Assembly: GCA_028822845.1 (NCBI GenBank) | Contig: JAPKCS010000008.1 | Location: 786-64,785 of the forward strand | Direction: 5' to 3' | Length of the DNA stretch: 64,000 nucleotides | Source of the DNA: Candidatus Poseidoniaceae archaeon | Lineage (GTDB): Archaea; Thermoplasmatota; Poseidoniia; Poseidoniales; Poseidoniaceae | Shown: one piece after another, positions 27,701 to 35,394 of the stretch | How positions within the stretch are numbered: position 1 is the stretch's first letter | How the letters are laid out: every line of letters begins with the position of its first letter | Position numbers and translations under genes: made by a program | Notes under the pieces: generated by a model | Seen by the model: the letters and a program-made list of their open reading frames with translations, nothing else | The model's database searches: none | Told to the model about the DNA's origin: nothing

Positions 27701-28162
27701 TGCTCTGATGATCATACCGCCCGATAGTTCGTTGGTGGTGGTGTCGAGGATGGAGTGGGCTGCAATAGCCGTCCAAGCAAAAGAGGCAGAATCACCTTGA
27801 CCGCCGATGAGATCGTTGGATGTCCAAGTAAAGGTCTCGACAACAAAACCGATTGGGTGGACGATTTGAATCATGGCGTCGGTGCTCTTTCCGGAGAATG
27901 AGGAACCGCCACGGGCAATGGTCATGGTGATCTCGATGGTTTGACCTTGGAAGATGTAATCAGTGGTTGTCCCGTTTGGTTGAACCCATGTATCAGCGCT
28001 TGTGCTTGCGTTCCCTAACGAAATTCCAGTCACTCGGAAATCGTCGTTCGCACCAGCACGTGCTGACGCAGCGCTCGCAGGAGCGGCGATGCCAACAGCA
28101 AGGGTTTGCAACAACAAAAGGGCAACGAGGGTTAACGGAGACAAGCGACGCATAAACACCAA
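24740..28162 (-). CDS. large secreted, membrane-anchored surface protein (S-layer/adhesin-like)
   Basis: 1140 aa. It has an N-terminal signal peptide (LVALLLLQTLAVGIAAPASAASA), a long Thr/Ser/Asn/Asp-rich ectodomain and a single C-terminal TM (ILMWVGFAAMMGVGVYVILNI). An acidic and then Pro/Ala-rich cytoplasmic tail ends in GWTMEQWEVYGQKWL. Confidence 0.7.
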   Translation of the reverse strand: MVFMRRLSPLTLVALLLLQTLAVGIAAPASAASARAGANDDFRVTGISLGNASTSADTWVQPNGTTTDYIFQGQTIEITMTIARGGSSFSGKSTDAMIQIVHPIGFVVETFTWTSNDLIGGQGDSASFAWTAIAAHSILDTTTNELSGGMIIRAMTDKDSNGDDRNDNDIKETSVPVAIMSDSFDGTSFTGQPSFFPARYMADGTGSSQGETYGQGSWQTNSGGAVGSDHWANSPDSDSNYPSGAHDRLVYAYLNPNSQCGSGGQIDNELVKSYQTWICRNSFFAGDYISSQFHLQAWGSVQSGDSVSIELWRSSGNYSNAMESLHWDLSNGNPSQAPGQWTNLSWDPQADWSQISTLSNPDLFLGGNSWSMGLLLHSDSGGASQGFHVDDFIQFGISKVQDYTLGVDCDNPTNGYTAPPNDLLILRCQVTNNGYSTASVRVQSNVSNLTWMDPAMQMIRIDVPNSNDHDTNVLMPGIKAGETVEVWVNLSIPPGADVQQQSWSLWFTDASNQNGGEKSRLSMPVAVTEQYGVALTSTVGILAQTLAPGESGLIPFRLLNSGNKDAAFNLATTFSKPGWIGLVMDDQGAIVQNPIVLLRGQATNFNLNVTADSMAMPALGTENSPYVSFNLRATCPSCGTSLAGNDVLVRNIMVPVYRELSLEAEELNIQAPANGIAKKVYITVFNTGNDDEQYDLSLTQQNWLLGANLAGAQTSVLDAWDGEGIIQLNLPMPVGLTPGLYGVTVTATSVDDPLVRKSVALSVEILDTAAVDVSDEDADQSYIPGDPAQTMAFEVRNDGNSPDRFTMTANVPDGMTIEFTNLFDGATPEIETAASYNVTVRFSFESGTSGQLTLDIIATSVNDALINAQGSATYLVGSQNWLKILPAAPITIDEAEPAEEWSMTVKVRNQYTTAQSVTIDLDNGESSAYVQTRIASNDRSFVLAVEEEREVTVYFEVSETTLLNLGSDSLSTNLTLWARSETVSDAANSNLQVILIKKSNDADGVAGADDGLPVGSILMWVGFAAMMGVGVYVILNILRTEEEEDEYGGWGEEGYENSLEATYGAVASAPTVPVPGALPSSLPPAAAQPAMAPAPAAPAPAAAAPVSKTPPIPAAGLPEGWTMEQWEVYGQKWLEQNGMA

Positions 28163-28256
28163 CGAATCATGGGAGCATTGTGTTGCATATAGTCATGGCC
28201 GTCTGATGACCCCGAAGGGGCCAGAGAGAAACGCCAGTATTTCCAACAGTTGAAAT

Positions 28257-29606
28257 TCAGTCGAGTTTACGCAATCCAGTTATCGAAGGTTGGTCAAACG
28301 AAGGCGAACTGGTGCTTTCAATCGCCTGGTTGACTGCATCCATCTGCGGGGAAGAAGCGATCTCTGAAACCTGCTCGAACGCATCAACTGATCGGCCAAG
28401 GTCGTCGAGTGAAGTGCGTTCATTTATCGCCTCAAATGGAATTGAATCGATGGTTGATCGAGCCTGTTGAATCGCACCTGGCGCTTGGGTTAACGGAGCG
28501 GACCCTCCGATGCCAGAAAGCCCTTGGAGAGCGGTGGAGGTTTGTGCGGCAACGGAAACGGCTGCAACGGTTGCAGCGGTGGTGAGGGCCCCCACGGCCA
28601 TGGTCGCACCTTTGCCAACCAGCGAGGGCGATGAGGGTTCTTTGGTTGCAGAGTTTATTTCCTTGACCGGGATGTGATCATAAATCCATTCTGGCGGTTC
28701 AGCGCCCGCCCCAAGAGCTGCAAGGGTGGTGAAAGCAGCAAGAGGCATGACGGCTAAAGCGGTGAGGAGGTCGACGAATGAGGTCTCAGGGATAGAGCGA
28801 ATCGAAAAGGAAGATTCAAACAACTCTTTCTCGACTTGTATGCTCAAACTGATGTCTTCACCCATTGAACCAAGCACAGCCACATTGGCAATCCGACCAA
28901 GGATCCAGAGCACCAAAAATGGCGTCAAGCTGGACACCGTGCCCATCGAACCGAGCCATCGACGGGTCACCGTTGCCAGTCCAATGTACCGGCGGGCGAT
29001 GAGAGGGAACACTTTCATGGCCAAAATGAAGCAAGCCAAGTACACCAACATGGCCATTTCCAATCGGCGATCTTCTCGCATGATGGTGTCTGGGACGGCG
29101 AGCACGAACGCCAACGGTACCGTGGCCAGCAAAACTTGCAGCGGTATGGCCAACAGAACCAGACCGCCGTGCGTAGCTGTGATTCGATGCCCGGACAAAT
29201 GACGTTGATGGACCAACAGGGACAAGCGTCCATGGGCAGAAGTTGCGTAACGTTGGCGGGCTTCTCGCCGAAGCGATGCATCGCCTTGCCGGCGGGTCAA
29301 ACGGAGAACTGAAAGCCATCCACCGCGCTCAATAACGCTCAGAGGCCGGAATCCACCTCCGAATGTCAGCGCCAACACCAGCGCCATCATGGCATAAACC
29401 AAAGAGGCCGTGAAAATCCAAGGAAGCATTTCCTTCCGGAAATCCAAATCGAGGCCTGAGCCACTGATTTGTATGTCGAAGAAATACGTAAAAAGAAACG
29501 CCAAAAACGGAGTGATGAGCACTTGGCCAACCACCCGAAAGGTCAGCCATAACAAACCAGAGAGCGATTTTCTCGACGCGCCCCCCATGGCCCTTCCAGA
29601 ATCCAC
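28257..29606 (-). CDS. polytopic membrane protein, unknown function
   Basis: 449 aa with about 8 predicted hydrophobic helices, then an Ala/Thr/Ser-rich C-terminal region. I recognised no motif. Confidence 0.5.
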   Translation of the reverse strand: MDSGRAMGGASRKSLSGLLWLTFRVVGQVLITPFLAFLFTYFFDIQISGSGLDLDFRKEMLPWIFTASLVYAMMALVLALTFGGGFRPLSVIERGGWLSVLRLTRRQGDASLRREARQRYATSAHGRLSLLVHQRHLSGHRITATHGGLVLLAIPLQVLLATVPLAFVLAVPDTIMREDRRLEMAMLVYLACFILAMKVFPLIARRYIGLATVTRRWLGSMGTVSSLTPFLVLWILGRIANVAVLGSMGEDISLSIQVEKELFESSFSIRSIPETSFVDLLTALAVMPLAAFTTLAALGAGAEPPEWIYDHIPVKEINSATKEPSSPSLVGKGATMAVGALTTAATVAAVSVAAQTSTALQGLSGIGGSAPLTQAPGAIQQARSTIDSIPFEAINERTSLDDLGRSVDAFEQVSEIASSPQMDAVNQAIESTSSPSFDQPSITGLRKLD

Positions 29607-29677
29607 TTAGACCTCAAAGATTCCCCTTCGAGCGATGTTGCGATGAGGGTTTGAATGCCTTGGATAAAACGCCAGAA

Positions 29678-30268
29678 TTACTCTTCTTCTGATTGTGCGA
29701 TCAGCGGATAGCCATCGCTGATCAGCAGCCGGAGGTAGCCGACAAGCCGTCCATCCATTCTCTTTCTTCCAAGATCGGGACGGGCCATCATCAGCAAACG
29801 TTTGCCACAATTGGAGCATCGAACATTCGTCACACCCCACACAGGAGTCGACCAAGCACAACAGGAGTTCTCGCTGCTGCTCAGGTTGATGACACCTTGC
29901 AGTTCTTCAGCCATCGCCCTTGTCCATGGTGGTTTAGCACCACCGATGAGGGACTGCAAACGGTTGAGGACAAGCCATCCTGATGCGAGCCAAAGACCGA
30001 ATCCAAACGCTGGATTGCCCCACCGAACGGAAGCAAGACCAACCGTCATTGGCACAAGCACAACAACAAGACTCAACCAGTAAAACATTCTCAGATGAAG
30101 GACCCTTTGATTCAGATGAGGTCCAAGAGGGACCGGTTCGGGATGGGGTGGGAAATGAAGATTGAAACCTCGTCCTCGGCTCATCAGGAGCACTGGGAAA
30201 CGGGGGAGGAAATGACCGAGGAACACACCAAAAAGAAACAGCAGGAACTGACTGAGCATGGCCATCAA
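29678..30268 (-). CDS. membrane protein with a C-terminal Cys cluster (zinc-ribbon-like), unknown function
   Basis: 196 aa with 3-4 hydrophobic helices followed by CCAWSTPVWGVTNVRCSNCGKRL. It is co-directional with its neighbours. Confidence 0.45.
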   Translation of the reverse strand: MMAMLSQFLLFLFGVFLGHFLPRFPVLLMSRGRGFNLHFPPHPEPVPLGPHLNQRVLHLRMFYWLSLVVVLVPMTVGLASVRWGNPAFGFGLWLASGWLVLNRLQSLIGGAKPPWTRAMAEELQGVINLSSSENSCCAWSTPVWGVTNVRCSNCGKRLLMMARPDLGRKRMDGRLVGYLRLLISDGYPLIAQSEEE

Positions 30269-30274
30269 AACACC

Positions 30275-31426
30275 TCAACTTGGGTTGAGCAAACGTGCCA
30301 AGGTTGATTCAACCTTATCCATTCCTCGAGCGATGTCATCTTGACTGATGGTGTAAGCGAAACGGAGGTGACCTTCTCCTGATGGCCCAAAGGCAGACCC
30401 GGGCGAACACAACACACCATCTTTCAAGAATTCAAGGGCCAAGTCCTGTGAGTTCATCCCCGGCACGGTGATTTTTGGGAACACGTAAATTGCCCCTTGC
30501 GGTTTGTGGCATTCCACACCGGGCATTGCATTGAGCCGATCCACAATTAAATCGCGACGTTGCTTGAATTCAGCAGCGACCATGTCCGGATAGTCGCTGG
30601 CGTGCACCATCGTTGCCAAAATTGCATGCTGCATTGCGTCGTTGGAGCATGCTGCGATGTAATACTGCATTTTGGTGACCTGTTCCATCGCCTCAAGGTT
30701 GGGCGAAATGATGTAGCCCATGCGCCAACCAGTCATAGCGAACGTTTTCGAGAAGGAATTGACAACAAGGACCCGATCATAGCCAGCCCCCATGAAAGAA
30801 ACATGGGGTCCATCGAAAACAATGCGGTCATAGACTTCATCGCTGATGATCCAAAGGTTGTGTTTCTTGGCGAATTCAAGCAAGTCATTGCGTTGAGGTA
30901 CGTCAAGCGTACCACCGGTCGGGTTGCTTGGGAAATTATAGAGAATGGCGACGGTGTGTTCATCGACCAGTGCTTCAAGATCGCTCACTTGAGGGATAAA
31001 TTCGTTTTCAAACAGGCACGGATAGAACTTTGATTCGCCACCTGCAATGGACACGTCTGGACCATAGAGAGGAAAGTATGGCTCGGGTAAAAGCACATTA
31101 TCACCTGGATTGACGAGGGTCAGGAACAGGTTCAGCAAGGCATTGGTACCGGACATGGTGATGCACACATTGGCTTCATCCAAACCTGATTGATAGGAGT
31201 CCCAAGATTCCGCTATTTTGGCACGGAGCGCTGGTAAACCCGCTGTGGTCGTGTACTTGTTCTTTCCATCCAACATCGCTTGATAAAAAGCCTCGATGGC
31301 AATGGCAGGAGGTTGGAAGTCTGGCTCCCCCAAACCGAAGGAGATGACATCATCGCCGGCCAAGTCGAACATTTTGCGAACGCCAGTAGGTTGTATTCTC
31401 AACGCTCGGTCACTGAAGTCGCCCAT
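30275..31426 (-). CDS. class I/II PLP-dependent aminotransferase (aspartate/aromatic type)
   Basis: 383 aa with NFPSNPTGGT and the PLP-lysine motif SFSKTFAMTGWRMGY. Confidence 0.85.
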   Translation of the reverse strand: MGDFSDRALRIQPTGVRKMFDLAGDDVISFGLGEPDFQPPAIAIEAFYQAMLDGKNKYTTTAGLPALRAKIAESWDSYQSGLDEANVCITMSGTNALLNLFLTLVNPGDNVLLPEPYFPLYGPDVSIAGGESKFYPCLFENEFIPQVSDLEALVDEHTVAILYNFPSNPTGGTLDVPQRNDLLEFAKKHNLWIISDEVYDRIVFDGPHVSFMGAGYDRVLVVNSFSKTFAMTGWRMGYIISPNLEAMEQVTKMQYYIAACSNDAMQHAILATMVHASDYPDMVAAEFKQRRDLIVDRLNAMPGVECHKPQGAIYVFPKITVPGMNSQDLALEFLKDGVLCSPGSAFGPSGEGHLRFAYTISQDDIARGMDKVESTLARLLNPS

Positions 31427-31498
31427 GCGTTACCGTTTCGTTGTTGGCTTTTGAAGGCGAGGGTGGATGACCTCGGTGTCAGTGATTTCTTTGGAGCC

Positions 31499-33697
31499 TT
31501 AATTGCCGCCGTTGAAATCCTTCAGTTCATCTTCGACGAGCACAGCGTCAACCACGGAAGCGATATCTGCATCTGCGGCGAGCACAGCATCGATTGAATC
31601 GTTGGCATCCATCGAGGCGATGGAAAGAGGAGGGTCGATTCGAGCACCTCGTGCAATACCAAGAAGGGAAACCAAAACCAGAACACCGGCAAGAGCAAGG
31701 TACTGTGAGGTTGACCAGCCAAAGCTTGAGCCATCCATTGCAGCACCTGTGCCTTCCACGGTTGCAAACACCGGCAACGATTGTACATCCTGATCGTTAA
31801 GGGCGCGAACTTCGATGGTGTTGTCGCCTTTGGCCATGGCATCGTGGTCAAGAGCCACGGTCCATGTGAAACGTTCAAGCGCGCTGAGTTCGCCTGTTGA
31901 TTGATTGAACGAAGCTTGTTGCCATGCCCCATCACCAATTCGGAATTCAACAGCACTAACGGAGCCGGATTGGCCCCATGCTTCACCAGAAATGATGTGG
32001 AGGCCAGAGGTGTTGTCCATGGCTTCGCTGAGGATGTGAACTTGAGTCCCGACATCGACTTGACCGGTGAGGCCACTGTCGTGGAGGTGGAACGACAATT
32101 CTGTGGCCGCAAGAGCATCGGCCATACCCCAGCCGAAATCACGGTTCCAGAAGGGGTCGACGTCCGGTTGAGTTGGCTCCCCACGGCGCTCTGCGGTCAA
32201 TTTGAGAATCTCTTTGACTTCTGCTGGAGAAAGATCAGGGTTGGCTTCCAACATCAAAGCAATGATGCCTGTAACTGAGGGGGTGGCGTAAGAGGTACCA
32301 GATCCACGACCAGTGTAGCCGTTCTGTGAAGCATCGCCACCAAGGAAGTTAATGCAGGTGCCAGAAGTAACGCAGCCTTCTGCCTGAATGATGTTGGTCC
32401 CAGGTGCCGAGAGTTCTGGTTTGAGTTCGTTCAATGGGTTTCCATCGGCGTTGTCGCGGCGAGGACCTCGGGAAGAGTAGGAAGCAACGGTATCATCGGA
32501 GCGGTCCACGGTGTTGATATCATCAGTTGCACCAATGGTGATGGCTAAGTTGGAAGAGCCCATACCGGAAAGGCCGTCGTTGTCAGGACCGTCGTTTCCA
32601 GCTGCGACGCTGACCACAATACCAGCCTCCATTGCCTCGTTAAGGATTCGACTGTGCATGTCTTCACCGTCAGAACCGCCGCCTTCATGAGAAGTGATGC
32701 CCCAAGAAAGCGAGATGATATCAATACCGTAATTTGTTTCGTTGGCTCCTTCCCAAGCCGTGTCTTTGTTGTCGATGATCCATTGAATTCCATTCATGGC
32801 AGATTCGTAGAATTCTTGCTCGAGGACATAGTTCTCAAACGGTCCTGCACCAGCGTCTGTGCCGATGCGCACATCGACCAGAGCAGCGTCAGGTGCTGAG
32901 CCATAGAAACCAGTTTGTTCACCGTTGGCGTCAATGCCTGTGGCCGAGGCCATGCCCATGCAGGCTGTACCGTGTTGGTTGCCATCATCGGGGTCAAAGG
33001 ATCCGTCGGTTTCTCGGTTGGTGAACAAACAGGTTGGATCTGTGACTGAGAGGTAGCAGACTGCATCGTAACCAGAAACGAACTTCTCGTTCAATCCAGG
33101 GTGCTCATTATCGACACCAGTGTCGACCATGGCGATGTTGATCCCAGCACCGCTGACACCCAAATCCCAGGCACCAATTGGATACACTGAGGAATTGCTT
33201 GCTTTGACTGCAGGCGTTTGAACATCGCCGTAAAACACAACGCTGCCATAGTGTTCAACCATCACGACATCAGCCAGAGCGGCCAAGGTCGGAGCAAGAG
33301 TCACTTCAATTTGACCCAGGAGAACTGCGTTCACTGATTCAATGACATCGGTCACGCTTAGGTTCAGCGCCTCAAGGGCTGAGAGATGGACGTCGGTCAC
33401 TGGGACCCCGTATGAAAGTCCGATGCCGGTCGTGCCTTGCAACGGTTCAAGGCTATCGTGGATGTTGTTTCGGTTGTCATCCAGCACGGTGCGTTGCCAC
33501 CATGGCGTTGTGTCCTCAAGCCAATCTGCAGTGGTTTGCTGTGGAACGACAAAGGTTGAATCGATTGGCATCCAAACCATTCCATCCTGATCCATAGCCA
33601 TCCATTGAGAACGGCTTTCGTCGGTATGAAGTGTTAACGATCCCGTCACAGGACCCATTAGCAATGCGAACATGATGAATGCAATGATGCGTCGCAT
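31499..33697 (-). CDS. secreted subtilisin-like serine protease (peptidase S8), C-terminally membrane-anchored
   Basis: A signal peptide, the catalytic triad motifs IAMVDTGVD / HGTACMGMA / GTSYATPSVTG, a C-terminal beta-rich domain and a TM (YLALAGVLVLVSLLGIA). Confidence 0.85.
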   Translation of the reverse strand: MRRIIAFIMFALLMGPVTGSLTLHTDESRSQWMAMDQDGMVWMPIDSTFVVPQQTTADWLEDTTPWWQRTVLDDNRNNIHDSLEPLQGTTGIGLSYGVPVTDVHLSALEALNLSVTDVIESVNAVLLGQIEVTLAPTLAALADVVMVEHYGSVVFYGDVQTPAVKASNSSVYPIGAWDLGVSGAGINIAMVDTGVDNEHPGLNEKFVSGYDAVCYLSVTDPTCLFTNRETDGSFDPDDGNQHGTACMGMASATGIDANGEQTGFYGSAPDAALVDVRIGTDAGAGPFENYVLEQEFYESAMNGIQWIIDNKDTAWEGANETNYGIDIISLSWGITSHEGGGSDGEDMHSRILNEAMEAGIVVSVAAGNDGPDNDGLSGMGSSNLAITIGATDDINTVDRSDDTVASYSSRGPRRDNADGNPLNELKPELSAPGTNIIQAEGCVTSGTCINFLGGDASQNGYTGRGSGTSYATPSVTGIIALMLEANPDLSPAEVKEILKLTAERRGEPTQPDVDPFWNRDFGWGMADALAATELSFHLHDSGLTGQVDVGTQVHILSEAMDNTSGLHIISGEAWGQSGSVSAVEFRIGDGAWQQASFNQSTGELSALERFTWTVALDHDAMAKGDNTIEVRALNDQDVQSLPVFATVEGTGAAMDGSSFGWSTSQYLALAGVLVLVSLLGIARGARIDPPLSIASMDANDSIDAVLAADADIASVVDAVLVEDELKDFNGGN

Positions 33698-33798
33698 GTG
33701 ATTCCCTCTGTTGTCGGGTGGCGCCCATGCATTAACAAGATATGGTATGAGTGAGATGTTGGTAAAAGCAACGCTGAGGTCTAGTTGAGAGTTGAGAG

Positions 33799-33871
33799 TG
33801 GGGGCAGAGGGATTTGAACCCCCCCCAGCTGGTTTGGAGCCAGCGATACTACCAAGCTATACTATACCCCC
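33799..33871 (-). tRNA. tRNA-Trp (anticodon CCA)
   Basis: Hand-folded cloverleaf: acceptor GGGGGUA/UGCCCCC, anticodon arm GCUGG-CUCCAAA-CCAGC, T arm GGGGG-UUCAAAU-CCCUC. 73 nt, no intron, no encoded CCA. Confidence 0.85.
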
Positions 33872-33893
33872 AATGGGTAATTCACTGCGAAGA

Positions 33894-34001
33894 TCAAGAC
33901 TTAGCTTGTCGGCGAGCACGCTTTCGACGGCGCAACTTCTTCTTACGCCACTTCCACCGTTGATTCCCGGTTTTCTTCCAAGCACGTGAGCCTCGCTTCA
34001 T
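33894..34001 (-). CDS. rpl41e: 50S ribosomal protein eL41
   Basis: The 35-aa product MKRGSRAWKKTGNQRWKWRKKKLRRRKRARRQAKS resembles archaeal L41e as I recall it (RRWKKKGRMRWKW.KKRLRRLKR). The listed 69-aa ORF was trimmed to the internal ATG at 34001. Confidence 0.65.
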   Translation of the reverse strand: MKRGSRAWKKTGNQRWKWRKKKLRRRKRARRQAKS

Positions 34002-34196
34002 GGTGAACGAGCCTCCGACCGTCCTTCCATATATGAGAGCATCGGGTTGAACAACTGATGATGTATTGGGCGATTCCCGAGGATTACTGATGAGGGATGC
34101 CATGAAGACACCCGCCGTTTACCAACGCCAGGGCATAAAACGGGACTTCCCTCGGAAGTGAAAGGATACATATAGTCGAGTATCGGAGTTTCATTT

Positions 34197-34670
34197 ATGC
34201 AGAAAATCAGCGACGACGGAAAATGGCTCTGGAACGGGACCGAATGGATCCCTAACGAAGAACCACAAGCGCCCGTTGCTGCAACACCCATGCCAGTCCC
34301 TGCAATGGCCAGCCCAGTTGCTTCAGCACCCATGCAACCCATGGCACAGAATCACATGAGCGCCGGTGGTGTTTGGGCAATCCGAACAGCTGATTACGGT
34401 CTTTTCTTCACCAAACTTATCGCTTTCTTCATCAAGGTGTTTTCGATTGGTTTTGCAATGCCGTGGGGTGCGTGCATGGTCATCAACAAGTGGTGCAGCA
34501 ATGTTCGCATTGATGGACGTGCCATTAAATTCACAGGCACCCCAATGGGTCTGTTTGGAATCTGGCTGAAAGTCTGTGCCCTTAGCGTCGTCACCCTCAC
34601 ATTGTACTATTGGATTGCTGGCAAGAAGCAAGTTGACAAGTACATCGATGGCCACCTCGAGTGGGCTTAA
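34197..34670 (+). CDS. small membrane protein, unknown function
   Basis: 157 aa. The N-terminus has DGKWLWNGTEWIP followed by a Pro/Ala-rich linker, then 3 hydrophobic helices. It possibly resembles DUF898; this is not verified. Confidence 0.45.
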   Translation: MQKISDDGKWLWNGTEWIPNEEPQAPVAATPMPVPAMASPVASAPMQPMAQNHMSAGGVWAIRTADYGLFFTKLIAFFIKVFSIGFAMPWGACMVINKWCSNVRIDGRAIKFTGTPMGLFGIWLKVCALSVVTLTLYYWIAGKKQVDKYIDGHLEWA

Positions 34671-34684
34671 TGTTGGTGACTTCG

Positions 34685-35293
34685 ATGAACAAAATAATTC
34701 CTTTTGGGCTTGCCCTTTTATTTTCTTTTAGCAGCTTAGCAGGGTGCATCGAACCTGAGATGGAGATGATGGCAGAAGAAATAGAAATCTGCAGTGAAGA
34801 CAACATCCCTGAATGGCATGTCGGTTGTCAATTCCCAAGTTTTGAATTTGAAGACCAAAACGGTACTCAATGGAATGAATCGTCTGCAAATGGAACGGGC
34901 CGCTGGGTTGCGTATTTTTCGGCCTCCTGGTGCACGCACTGCAAACCTACAATCGACGCTCTTGATCAATCCATTATGCCGGATCATTTGCTCATTTTTA
35001 ACAAGCAAGCAGGCAATGACAGTTCAAACATGACAGAATGGCACCTGATGATTGAGGATGAACTTAATCGCTCGGTCGACCGGCCATTCTTGCACAGCCC
35101 AATGTTGTCAGAAAACCTATCGGTTGCTTCGATCCCTCACGTGTTGCTGATCGAGAACAACACCATTCTCTCTGCTCGAATTGGATTGTGGGACAGCGCA
35201 CACGAAATGAGCATGTGGTTCAACGCTACTGCTCCCAAAACAGGATACACTCAAGCCATGGACTCAGACATGTCTGGCATGGACATGGAGTGA
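34685..35293 (+). CDS. TlpA/ResA-like thioredoxin-fold lipoprotein
   Basis: A lipobox-type signal (MNKIIPFGLALLFSFSSLAGC) and the CxxC active site WVAYFSASWCTHCKP. The start was chosen at the third ATG (34685) of the ORF listed from 34661. Confidence 0.7.
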   Translation: MNKIIPFGLALLFSFSSLAGCIEPEMEMMAEEIEICSEDNIPEWHVGCQFPSFEFEDQNGTQWNESSANGTGRWVAYFSASWCTHCKPTIDALDQSIMPDHLLIFNKQAGNDSSNMTEWHLMIEDELNRSVDRPFLHSPMLSENLSVASIPHVLLIENNTILSARIGLWDSAHEMSMWFNATAPKTGYTQAMDSDMSGMDME

Positions 35294-35394
35294 CCAACCA
35301 ACACTGGTGTTGTTTGCCGTGGTCGGATTTCAATTTTGATTCCGAGCGCATCTGACTGACCTCAATCCATCCGGATCATCGCGTCCCTGTCTGA

